This document shows positions 16,413 to 24,007 of a stretch of DNA of 64,000 nucleotides, piece by piece (position 1 is the stretch's first letter; each line of letters starts with the position of its first letter). The stretch is taken from sequence record NZ_CP010801.1; one strand, given 5' to 3'. The notes under the pieces are model-generated. The model saw only the letters and a list, made by a program, of their open reading frames with translations. It was not told the DNA's origin and made no database searches. A program made the position numbers and the translations under genes. The DNA is from a plasmid.

Positions 16413-17141
16413 GTGTCGTACAATTACGCGCAACGACAACCATTCATTGTTACGATGCCAGCAATTGCCCTGAGCGCCTGCATACTCGCCGCCTCCAGTA
16501 ATTACGGCATCCCTGTGGCAACTATTGAGCATGTTATTGACTCGGGCACCAAACAGCCCGGCGCGATCGGCCCGATGGGCATCCCTCAGGGGTGGTTGCC
16601 CTACCTTTCGCGCTATGGATTTGATGAGCAGAAAGTCAGGACAGACGACTGCTCAGGCGTTGTCGCAGGGACATGGATCCTCGCTTACACCCAGCGAATG
16701 CAGACGGTCATTGGCAAGACGGAGACCGACAAGAAAATCCTCCAACTGGCTCAGCCGTGGATGCCGGCGATCAACTGGATTTCAGCGAAGGCGCAAATCG
16801 ATCCCCGCCTGGTCGTCGCAGTCATCTACCAGGAGAGCAAGTTCCAGCCTGCGGCTGTTTCAGGTGCTAACGCCATCGGCCTGATGCAACTCATGCCTGC
16901 AACGGCGCGCAGTCTGGGCGTCAACCCGCGAGACCCTGCGCAGAACCTGTGGGGCGGAATCTGGTATCTGGCCAACCTCATGCGGGCCTATCACGGCAAT
17001 GTCGGTCTGGCTTTGGCCGCCTACAACGCCGGTCCTGGCGCGGTGTCGCGCTATGGCGGCATTCCTCCCTACCGCGAGACACAGGACTATGTGCCGCAGG
17101 TGCTTCACTGGTACAGGTCTGTTTCTTACGCAAAAAACTAA
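16413..17141 (+). CDS. lytic transglycosylase (SLT domain; VirB1/phage-type)
   Basis: ESKFQPAAVSGANAIGLMQLMPATA and AYNAGPGAV are the SLT family catalytic motifs. Local GC is lower than in the surroundings; the start may instead be the internal ATG near 16455. Confidence 0.7.
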   Translation: MSYNYAQRQPFIVTMPAIALSACILAASSNYGIPVATIEHVIDSGTKQPGAIGPMGIPQGWLPYLSRYGFDEQKVRTDDCSGVVAGTWILAYTQRMQTVIGKTETDKKILQLAQPWMPAINWISAKAQIDPRLVVAVIYQESKFQPAAVSGANAIGLMQLMPATARSLGVNPRDPAQNLWGGIWYLANLMRAYHGNVGLALAAYNAGPGAVSRYGGIPPYRETQDYVPQVLHWYRSVSYAKN

Positions 17142-17226
17142 TATGTTGCGCAACTTGATATGTGCTGATACAGTACATATCTGTAACACCTGCACTTACC
17201 CTCATTGACCCAAACAGATGGGTTAC

Positions 17227-17252
17227 CCCGAATTTCGGGGCCTTTTTCAAGG
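17227..17252 (+). terminator. rho-independent terminator
   Basis: Perfect palindrome CCCCGAAATTCGGGG followed by CCTTTTTC. Confidence 0.6.
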
Positions 17253-17278
17253 ACCTTCCCCAGAGGATCCTTGCAAAA

Positions 17279-17360
17279 GGTCGGTTCGATTCCGGCTCGT
17301 TGGTCGAGGTCTGGTGAGAAGGGAGCTCGGTTCGATTCCGGGTGATTGGGGGAAGCGGTC
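17279..17360 (+). repeat. two tandem tRNA 3'-end fragments (T-arm + acceptor 3' strand): att-like remnants
   Basis: GGTCGGTTCGATTCCGGCTCGTTGG and GCTCGGTTCGATTCCGGGTGATTGG each contain the GGTTCGATTCC T-loop. No D-arm or anticodon arm lies upstream, so neither is an intact tRNA. Confidence 0.5.
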
Positions 17361-17572
17361 AATAAACCGCGTCCAAACTCAAGGTGAGCATTGACCCCGG
17401 CGGCCCGCCGGTCAAACGCGCAGCAGGAATGCAGCCGAGGGGCACAAACACATGATTTGCATTGCTCGCGTCAGCGACACGAGAGACCCCCTGGAACTCC
17501 CCCCGGCGCACCCAGCGCCCTGTTCCGGTTAAGCGCGCGCTTTGGACAGGGCGCGCGCCTCTTTTTCCCCAA

Positions 17573-18052
17573 ATGAACATTCCAGTCTCTGCCGTGCGGG
17601 ATCTCTTGCGCCAGTCCGGCCGGACTCTGCGCTTGCCGGCGTCGGCGGCGATCAGGCTTGGTCTGGATGTGCCCAAGCAGCCGCGCCGTGCGGGTTCGGA
17701 CCCATTCGATCCGCAGTCACGTCTGGCCGATGCCCTACGGGCGCGACTTGGCAACGAGGCCGTGCAAACCGAGGTGTCAGGACTGATCGCAGGGCGGCGA
17801 TACCGGGCGGACATCGTTATCGCATCTGCCAATCTGGTCATTGAATTCGACGGCTTCCAATATCACCGCAGCAAGCAGGCCTTCCAGAAAGACCGTGAGC
17901 GCCAGAACGCGTTTGTGGCCAACGGCTGGCGGGTGCTGCGGTTTTTCCATGCGCAGGTGCGCAATGACCTCGAAGGGGTGGTCGCACAGGTGCTGTCGAT
18001 TTGTGGGCGCTCGGCAGCGGAGCCCGCAATCGCGTCTGGATCCGCTGCCTGA
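17573..18052 (+). CDS. DUF559 endonuclease-domain protein
   Basis: RADIVIASANLVIEFDGFQYHRSKQAFQKDRERQNAFVANGWRVLRF matches the DUF559 (Vsr-like restriction-endonuclease fold) core. Confidence 0.6.
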   Translation: MNIPVSAVRDLLRQSGRTLRLPASAAIRLGLDVPKQPRRAGSDPFDPQSRLADALRARLGNEAVQTEVSGLIAGRRYRADIVIASANLVIEFDGFQYHRSKQAFQKDRERQNAFVANGWRVLRFFHAQVRNDLEGVVAQVLSICGRSAAEPAIASGSAA

Positions 18053-18069
18053 TTCTCCGGGAAATCTGC

Positions 18070-18369
18070 ATGACTACCAAAGCTGAGCTCGTTATCGAAA
18101 TCGCAGCCCACAGCGGCGAAAGCAAGGCGACCGTTGAGCGAGTGCTCGCGTCTTTCGTTGATGCCGTAACCAAATCCGTCGCGCGCGGTGATGAGGCGGG
18201 GCTGCCTGGCTTGGGCGCGTTCTCACGCTCTCTGCGTGACGGACGCACTGGCCGAAATCCGCGTACCGGCGAGCAGGTTGAAATCGCGCCGCGCTGGACG
18301 CCGCGCTTCCGCGCAGCCAAGGCCCTGCGTGATGCCATGCCGGCACCCACCAAGGCGAAGTCCAAGTAA
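18070..18369 (+). CDS. HU/IHF-family DNA-binding protein
   Basis: MTTKAELVIEIAAHSG...GFGAFS...RTGRNPRTGEQVEIAPR matches the Bac_DNA_binding arm motif (GRNPRTGE). Confidence 0.75.
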   Translation: MTTKAELVIEIAAHSGESKATVERVLASFVDAVTKSVARGDEAGLPGLGAFSRSLRDGRTGRNPRTGEQVEIAPRWTPRFRAAKALRDAMPAPTKAKSK

Positions 18370-18393
18370 ACCATTCAAGGGAGCCCGCCTGGG

Positions 18394-18822
18394 TTGCCAG
18401 GCGGTCGACACGACATGATCGCCAACCTCTCTCAGTCATCCAGCAAGGAATCCGCCATGGAAGAGCCTTCCACACAAACCTCCTCGTCGCCCATGCCAGA
18501 CGCGGAGCGAGCGCCCGAACTCGCAGGCTCCCCGGCTCAGTCCGCTGATGATTGGGAGAGCACGGCGAAATGGGCGACAACCACGCTCAAGACCATGCGT
18601 GAGCAGATTGAGGCCGATCTTCGCGCACTGGCAAGCCCTACGAGGGGTAGTCGTCCTTTCCGTGCAAAATCTGGCGGTTTAGGTGGGATTTCCCTTTCAG
18701 ATCAACGGCTTGGGAATTCAGCATTTTCCTGGGCGCTGTCCTTTTCGTGCGAAATCTGGCGGTTTCCCTGCGTCGTGGCGACACGGCTCGGCGCTGCAGG
18801 TGCCATATTCACTGCGCAGTAA
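18394..18822 (+). CDS. hypothetical protein (doubtful; 3' half overlaps direct repeats)
   Basis: ORF with an acidic, low-complexity N-terminus; its C-terminal half is encoded by the 26-bp direct-repeat region and may not be translated. Confidence 0.2.
   Translation: MPGGRHDMIANLSQSSSKESAMEEPSTQTSSSPMPDAERAPELAGSPAQSADDWESTAKWATTTLKTMREQIEADLRALASPTRGSRPFRAKSGGLGGISLSDQRLGNSAFSWALSFSCEIWRFPCVVATRLGAAGAIFTAQ
18655..18766 (+). repeat. 26-bp imperfect direct repeat pair (CCTTTCCGTGCAAAATCTGGCGGTTT / CCTTTTCGTGCGAAATCTGGCGGTTT)
   Basis: Two copies at 18655-18680 and 18741-18766, differing at three positions. Confidence 0.45.
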
Positions 18823-18889
18823 ATAAGCCGGTTTCAGCGAAAGTTGGGCCACCGTCTCACTTCGGAGCGCCGGGCGGAGGCGGACATCA

Positions 18890-19882
18890 TCAGTTTGCCG
18901 CATCGGCCAGGCCGAGCCTCGCCCGATATTCAGTCAACAACACCTGCTGGGCTTCGAGTCGGGCGTTGCCCTTGGCCAACTCGCCGGCCAGGCGTTCGCG
19001 TTCGGCGCGTTCGGTGGCTAGTTCATCCGCCTGCTGTTGCGCCGCAGATCGCAGCGCATCTCGTTCCGCTTCGGTGCGCGCTTGATCGACGCGCGCTTGG
19101 TTCAGGTTGACGCGAGCCTGTTCTGCCTGCGTTTCCAATTCTCGGATGCGTTTGCCCGAGGCGGCAAGTTCCGCGACCAGCCGAGCGCTGTCCTTGTTCA
19201 GTTGCGTGATCTCCCCCTGCTTGATGATCAGCGTCTGATTGGCCTGTCGGGCTTCCGCCTGCAGTTGCTGGACCTGCTGCTCATGCCGGCGCGCATCCTG
19301 ATCGCGCTGTTCCCTGCTGGCATTGCGGAAGTGCTCCAGTGATTGATGAGCGTGCTGTAGCTTGTCCTCCAGCGAGCGCCGAAAACTTTCATGTTCTGCC
19401 AACCGGGTGCCGAGGTCCTGGACCTGCTGTGCCGAGCGTTCAGCCTCAATCGCGCGCTGCTGCAGCGCTGTCTGCGTGTCAGCGTGCGCGGCCCGCACGC
19501 TGGCGAGTGTGCTCTGCGCCTGTTCCAGTTCGGCGCGAAGTGCGACCACATCCGTGGCCAGCTTGTCGACTTCGGCACGAACGAGCTGGCGCTGGGCCGT
19601 GGCGGCCGCCGCCTGCTGATCGACCACCGCCTGCGCTTCTTCATGCAACCGCGCCGCCAATCTGCCCACCAGATCCAGGATGGCGTCGGAGGTCGAGCCA
19701 GCGCGGTTCAGCGCCGCGCCTTCCTCTTCTTCCAGCTCCTTGAGATAGCGATGGATCGTCGTTTTCGAGCCGGTGTTGCCCAGCGCGATACGTATTGCAT
19801 CGATGGACGGGTGGTGTCCCTGCGCCAGAAGTGAATCGCGGGCGCGTTTAACATCGAGGCGACTCAGTCCGGCCCGGGCCAT
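18890..19882 (-). CDS. kfrA: KfrA-like DNA-binding coiled-coil protein
   Basis: N-terminus MARAGLSRLDVKRARDSLLAQGHHPSIDAIRIALGNTGSKTTIHRYLKELEEE matches the KfrA N-terminal HTH domain; the rest is Ala/Gln/Glu/Arg-rich coiled coil. Confidence 0.65.
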   Translation of the reverse strand: MARAGLSRLDVKRARDSLLAQGHHPSIDAIRIALGNTGSKTTIHRYLKELEEEEGAALNRAGSTSDAILDLVGRLAARLHEEAQAVVDQQAAAATAQRQLVRAEVDKLATDVVALRAELEQAQSTLASVRAAHADTQTALQQRAIEAERSAQQVQDLGTRLAEHESFRRSLEDKLQHAHQSLEHFRNASREQRDQDARRHEQQVQQLQAEARQANQTLIIKQGEITQLNKDSARLVAELAASGKRIRELETQAEQARVNLNQARVDQARTEAERDALRSAAQQQADELATERAERERLAGELAKGNARLEAQQVLLTEYRARLGLADAAN

Positions 19883-19973
19883 GGTGCTCCTACAATTTGA
19901 TACCGTATTACGTACTATGTATATACGTACCAAATTGCGGCGTCAACGTGGATCGCTGGTTCTTGAATCTAAT

Positions 19974-19998
19974 ACGTGATAATGGCGGATTATCACGT
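19974..19998. promoter_or_regulatory. operator-like perfect inverted repeat in the kfrA-like promoter
   Basis: ACGTGATAAT-GGCGG-ATTATCACGT (10-bp arms). On the minus strand it lies upstream of TTGACG-N15-TATACA/TATATA and the kfrA ATG. Confidence 0.45.
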
Positions 19999-20145
19999 GT
20001 GAGAGGTGTCATGGCGCCCTGGTGGTCCCCAATCCGGTACGAAACGCGCCGGATGTAGTGATGAAGGCCGCGTATTCTCGGTGCTGCCCAATTGCGGGAC
20101 GGGGCAGTTGGCCTACCGCGATTGCCGGTGCCTTCTGAAGCCACC

Positions 20146-20172
20146 CGGGGGTATTTGCATGCGCGAGCCGTA
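20146..20172 (+). promoter_or_regulatory. candidate ECF (CnrH-type) promoter upstream of cnrY
   Basis: GGGGGT (20146-20151) and CCGTATA (20166-20172). The same GGGGGT...CCGTAT pair recurs upstream of the OMF gene. Confidence 0.35.
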
Positions 20173-20200
20173 TACAGGGCAACCACCAAGGAGATCAGCA

Positions 20201-20488
20201 ATGGCCGACCTCGACCAATGGCTCGCCGACGCAGCCAGGATCACCCATGAAGCACCGTCTGCGGTAAGTACCGCGCGCATCCAGCAACGGCTCGCAGCCG
20301 AGCCCGCGCCCGACGTGCTGGTCGCCCGCTATGATGCGCGGCGTGCCATGCTGTGCGCCGCCATCGCTGCGCTGGTGGCCTTCACGGTGATCGACCGCGT
20401 GGCGACCGCCGTCTTGAACAAGCCGGGCCCAACCTGGGTTGCCACACCGTCTGCCGCTTCTCCGTTTGGCCTGCTGATCGGTGAATGA
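20201..20488 (+). CDS. cnrY: CnrY/NccY-like membrane anti-sigma factor (95 aa)
   Basis: 95-aa protein with one hydrophobic segment ([16 protein letters not shown]), directly 5' of the CnrX-like and ECF sigma genes with overlapping stops and starts. Order and sizes match cnrYXH. Confidence 0.55.
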   Translation: MADLDQWLADAARITHEAPSAVSTARIQQRLAAEPAPDVLVARYDARRAMLCAAIAALVAFTVIDRVATAVLNKPGPTWVATPSAASPFGLLIGE

Positions 20489-20931
20489 TGACGCCACGCA
20501 CCCGACGTCTTTCCCTCTCAACGCTAGCCGGCGCTCTGGTGGGGGTGGCCATTGCCGGCGCCGTCGTCTTCCTGTCGCACCCATCGCAGGAGCACCGGAC
20601 CGACCTGCACGAGATGCTCCACGAGGCGGTGCCGCTGGACGCCAACGAGCGTGAAATTCTCGACATGAAGGAACAGGCCTTCGCCCAACGCCGCCGGGAG
20701 ATCGAAACCCGGCTGCGCACGGCCAACGGTCAACTCGCTGACGCGATTGCCAAGAATCCCACGTGGTCGCCAGAGGTCGAGGCGGCCACCCAGGAAGTGG
20801 AACGCGCGGCTGCCGATTTGCAGCGGGCCACGCTGGTCCACGTTTTCGAGATGCGCGCGGGCCTGAAGCCCGAGCACCGGCCTGCTTATGACCGCGTGCT
20901 GGTTGATGCGCTTCGCCGTGGTTCGCAGTGA
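20485..20931 (+). CDS. cnrX: CnrX/NccX-like periplasmic metal sensor (148 aa)
   Basis: N-terminal TM anchor [25 protein letters not shown], then a His-rich helical sensor ([12 protein letters not shown]); 148 aa as for CnrX. Confidence 0.6.
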   Translation: MMTPRTRRLSLSTLAGALVGVAIAGAVVFLSHPSQEHRTDLHEMLHEAVPLDANEREILDMKEQAFAQRRREIETRLRTANGQLADAIAKNPTWSPEVEAATQEVERAAADLQRATLVHVFEMRAGLKPEHRPAYDRVLVDALRRGSQ

Positions 20932-21500
20932 CCAGTACGGAAGCGGACGGCGTGCTCGCCCGGCGCGCCGCTCGGGGAGATCACCATGCGTTTGGCATCC
21001 TGGTGCGGCGGCATAGCCCCGCCCTGGCGCAGGCTGGCCGCAGCTTTGGCATTCCGGAAACCGATATCGACGATGTCGTGCAGGACACCTTTGTTGCAGC
21101 TTGGCGCGCGCTGGGGGACTACGACGAGGCTCGACCGTTCCGTGCCTGGCTGTTCCACATCGGGCTCAACAAGATGCGTGACCTGCGCCGTTTCCGGCGC
21201 GTGCGGCACTTCCTGTTCGGCGCGGAGGATCTGACGGACCCCGAACGCCCTGCCTTGGCCGATCCAGACCCGGGCCCGGAGCGCCGTGCTTCTGCCCGGC
21301 GCGAATTGGCACGCGTCGTGGCTGTCCTGGACGGGCTCGATGCGAACTCGCGGGAAGCCATTGTTTTGACCGCCATCGTCGGCATGTCGCAGCCGGAGGC
21401 GGCTGCCGCACTTGGCATGACGCCGAAGGCCATTGAGGGGCGCATTGGCCGCGCCCGTGCCAAGCTGGCTGCCTTGATCGACGCCCGCAGCACCGAATAA
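20928..21500 (+). CDS. cnrH: ECF sigma factor (CnrH/NccH-like)
   Basis: Sigma-70 region 2 ([17 protein letters not shown]) and region 4 ([34 protein letters not shown]); 190 aa. Confidence 0.8.
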   Translation: MTSTEADGVLARRAARGDHHAFGILVRRHSPALAQAGRSFGIPETDIDDVVQDTFVAAWRALGDYDEARPFRAWLFHIGLNKMRDLRRFRRVRHFLFGAEDLTDPERPALADPDPGPERRASARRELARVVAVLDGLDANSREAIVLTAIVGMSQPEAAAALGMTPKAIEGRIGRARAKLAALIDARSTE

Positions 21501-21515
21501 TTTCGACGGGCGCGA

Positions 21516-21540
21516 GGGGGTGCCGCGCTGGGCGCCGTAT
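21516..21540 (+). promoter_or_regulatory. candidate ECF (CnrH-type) promoter upstream of the OMF gene
   Basis: GGGGGT (21516-21521) ... CCGTAT (21535-21540), the same element pair as upstream of cnrY. Confidence 0.35.
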
Positions 21541-21587
21541 TGACCAATCTGTGCCGTCTTCGGCTTCTGCTTCCCTCAAGAAATCCG

Positions 21588-22838
21588 GCGATGACCCGCG
21601 TGTCCTCTTTCCATACCCTCAGCGTGCTTGCCGCATCGCTGGCCTTGTCCGCCGCATCTGGTTGGGCGGCCGAGGCACCGCCCTTTACAGAATTGCTGCA
21701 GCAGTCGCTCGCCCACGCGCCCGCGATGCGCGTGCAGGCCGCCAACGTCTTGGCCGCTGGCGCCGATGCCGCCCAGGCGCGCGCGTGGCCCAACCCTCGT
21801 GCGGAGTCGGTGTTCGAGAATCTGGGGGCTCCGCAGAGCGATGGCGTGAGCCAGCGCCAGAACACCTTTTCCATCACACAGCCGATTGAGATCGGCGGCA
21901 AGCGTGGCGCACGCATCGAAGCCGGGCAGCGCGGCTTCGCCGCCGCACAAGCGCGCGAGCATCAAACGCAGATCGCGTACGCGGCTGAATTGGCGACCGC
22001 CTATGCGACGGCAGAGGCCATGCTGGCGCGAAAGTCCTTGGCTGCGGAAGACCTCGGGCGCGCGCGCGAGGAGCTTCGCGTGGCCCGCGCGCTAGTCCAA
22101 TCCGGCAAGGAAGCTGCGTTGCGCGTGTCCCAGGCGCAAGCCAGCGTCGCCGCCGCCACTGCGGCTGAACATGCGGCTGGCGCGGACGCGACGCAAGCGC
22201 TGGAGCAGTTGGCTGCCTTGGCCGGCTCTGACGAGCCCTACACCCGTCTGGCTGGCTCGCTTCTGTCCACATCGGCGGCACCTCCCGCCTCGTCGGGCGC
22301 GGCGGACGAAGCCCCCGCTGTCGTCACGGCGCAAGCCGAGCGAGACGTGATAAGCGCCCAGGTCGAGGTCGAGCGCAAGAAGTGGGTTCCCGAGGTTGGC
22401 GTCAGCGCAGGCGTGCGCCGCTACGGCTGGACGAATGCCAGTGGCTACGTCGTGGGCCTGTCGGCCACGATTCCACTGTTTGACCAGAACACGCACGCGG
22501 TGACCGCTGCGGTCGAGCGTGCCGCCGCCGCAGAAGCCAGGCTGGACACCGTGCGCCTGGAAGCATCTGCGGCAAAACGATCCGCCCAGGCTCAGGCTGC
22601 GGCTTCGGAAAAACGCCTCGCCGCAGCGGCGGAAGGCGAACGCGCAGCCGCCGAAGCCTATCGCCTGGGCCGTCTCGGCTACGACGCCGGCAAGACCCCG
22701 TTGATTGAACTGCTCGCCGTCCGGCGCGCGTTGTTTGAAGCAAGGCAACTCACGATTGACGCGCGCCTCGCGCGCGTACGCGCGTTGGCCGCACTGGCAC
22801 AGGCTGACGGCCGCCTGGCTTTTGAGGAAGCTCGATGA
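21588..22838 (+). CDS. cnrC: outer-membrane efflux factor (TolC family; CnrC/NccC-like)
   Basis: Signal peptide MTRVSSFHTLSVLAASLALSAASGWA; Ala-rich OMF repeats; first gene of an OMF-MFP-RND triad. The start may be the upstream ATG at 21540. Confidence 0.7.
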   Translation, partial: AMTRVSSFHTLSVLAASLALSAASGWAAEAPPFTELLQQSLAHAPAMRVQAANVLAAGADAAQARAWPNPRAESVFENLGAPQSDGVSQRQNTFSITQPIEIGGKRGARIEAGQRGFAAAQAREHQTQIAYAAELATAYATAEAMLARKSLAAEDLGRAREELRVARALVQSGKEAALRVSQAQASVAAATAAEHAAGADATQALEQLAALAGSDEPYTRLAGSLLSTSAAPPASSGAADEAPAVVTAQAERDVISAQVEVERKKWVPEVGVSAGVRRYGWTNASGYVVGLSATIPLFDQNTHAVTAAVERAAAAEARLDTVRLEASAAKRSAQAQAAASEKRLAAAAEGERAAAEAYRLGRLGYDAGKTPLIELLAVRRALFEARQLTIDARLARVRALAALAQADGRLAFEEAR

Positions 22839-24007
22839 TGAAAGACAACCTCCGCTCGGCCAACTGGCCGCTGATCGCCGGGATTGCCGGGGTGGCCGCC
22901 CTGGTGGGGTTCGGTGTGGCGCGCGGGCTTGTGCCCAGTCATTCTGCGGCGCCAGCGGCCAAGACAGCCGCCGCGCCCGAAAAAGCCGCCCCCACTGAGG
23001 TCAAGGTTCCCCTCGAATACCTGGCCACCGCCAACATCGCGGTCGAGCCGGTGGCCACGGCTGGCGTGGGCGCGGAGATCCTTGCGCCCGCCACGGTGGT
23101 CGCCGCGCCGGGCAGCGAGGCCGTGATCATTGCCCGCGCGTCGGGTGCTGTCCAGCGGATCAACCGCCGGCTTGGTGAGGTCGTGCGTGCGGGCGACGTG
23201 CTGGCCCTGGTGGACAGCCCGGAGGCGGCCGCGATGGCTGCAGAGCGCCGGGTGGCCGCCGCCAGGGCCGATTTGGCGCGCAAGACCTACGCACGAGAAG
23301 CCGCACTGTACGAGCAAGGCGTCACGCCGCGTCAGGAGATGGAAGCGGCCAAGGCCGCGCTCGAAGTCGCCAATGCCGAGGCGCAGCGCGCAGCGACCGT
23401 GGCGCAATCCGCGCATCTTGCCAGCGACGGTCGCTCGGTCGCGGTGACCAGCCCCATTGCCGGCAGGGTGACGGCGCAATCCGTCACGCTGGGCGCCTTC
23501 GTGCAGCCTCAGGCCGAACTGTTCCGGGTCGCAGGCAGCGGCACGGCACAGGTGGAGGCTTCGGTCACGGCCGCTGATACCGCCCGCGTGGCGGCCGGCG
23601 ACACTGCGGTGATCTTGCTGGGCAGCGGCTCGCCCGTGCCCGCCGTGGTGCACTCGGTGACGCCGACGGTGAACAGCAGCGCCCGCACCGCGACTGTGGT
23701 CCTGACGCCCACGCAAGCGCTGGACAAGCTGGTGATCGGCGAAGGCGTGCAGGTGCGCCTGCAAACGCGCACGAGCGGCCCCGCTGCCCTGTCGGTGCCG
23801 GAGGATGCCGTGCAGAACCTGGACGGGCGCGACGTGTTGTTCGTTCGCACGCCGCAGGGGTTCCGGCCCCAGCCAGTGCTGGTGGGCATCCGCAGTGGCG
23901 GGTCCGCCCAGATTCTCTCGGGTGCGCGCGCCGGTGAACAGGTGGCGACGCGCAACGCCTTCCTGCTCAAGGCCGAGATGAACAAAGGCGCCGGGGACGA
24001 CGAATGA
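22835..24007 (+). CDS. cnrB: efflux RND periplasmic adaptor (MFP; CnrB/NccB-like)
   Basis: N-terminal TM anchor, then lipoyl/beta-barrel MFP domains; overlapping stops and starts with the OMF and RND genes. Confidence 0.75.
   Translation: MMKDNLRSANWPLIAGIAGVAALVGFGVARGLVPSHSAAPAAKTAAAPEKAAPTEVKVPLEYLATANIAVEPVATAGVGAEILAPATVVAAPGSEAVIIARASGAVQRINRRLGEVVRAGDVLALVDSPEAAAMAAERRVAAARADLARKTYAREAALYEQGVTPRQEMEAAKAALEVANAEAQRAATVAQSAHLASDGRSVAVTSPIAGRVTAQSVTLGAFVQPQAELFRVAGSGTAQVEASVTAADTARVAAGDTAVILLGSGSPVPAVVHSVTPTVNSSARTATVVLTPTQALDKLVIGEGVQVRLQTRTSGPAALSVPEDAVQNLDGRDVLFVRTPQGFRPQPVLVGIRSGGSAQILSGARAGEQVATRNAFLLKAEMNKGAGDDE

Noticed and set aside
17279-17360. Possible intact tRNA genes
   Set aside because: Only T-arm plus acceptor 3' strand is present in each copy. 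Upstream sequence is a terminator hairpin, not D and anticodon arms.
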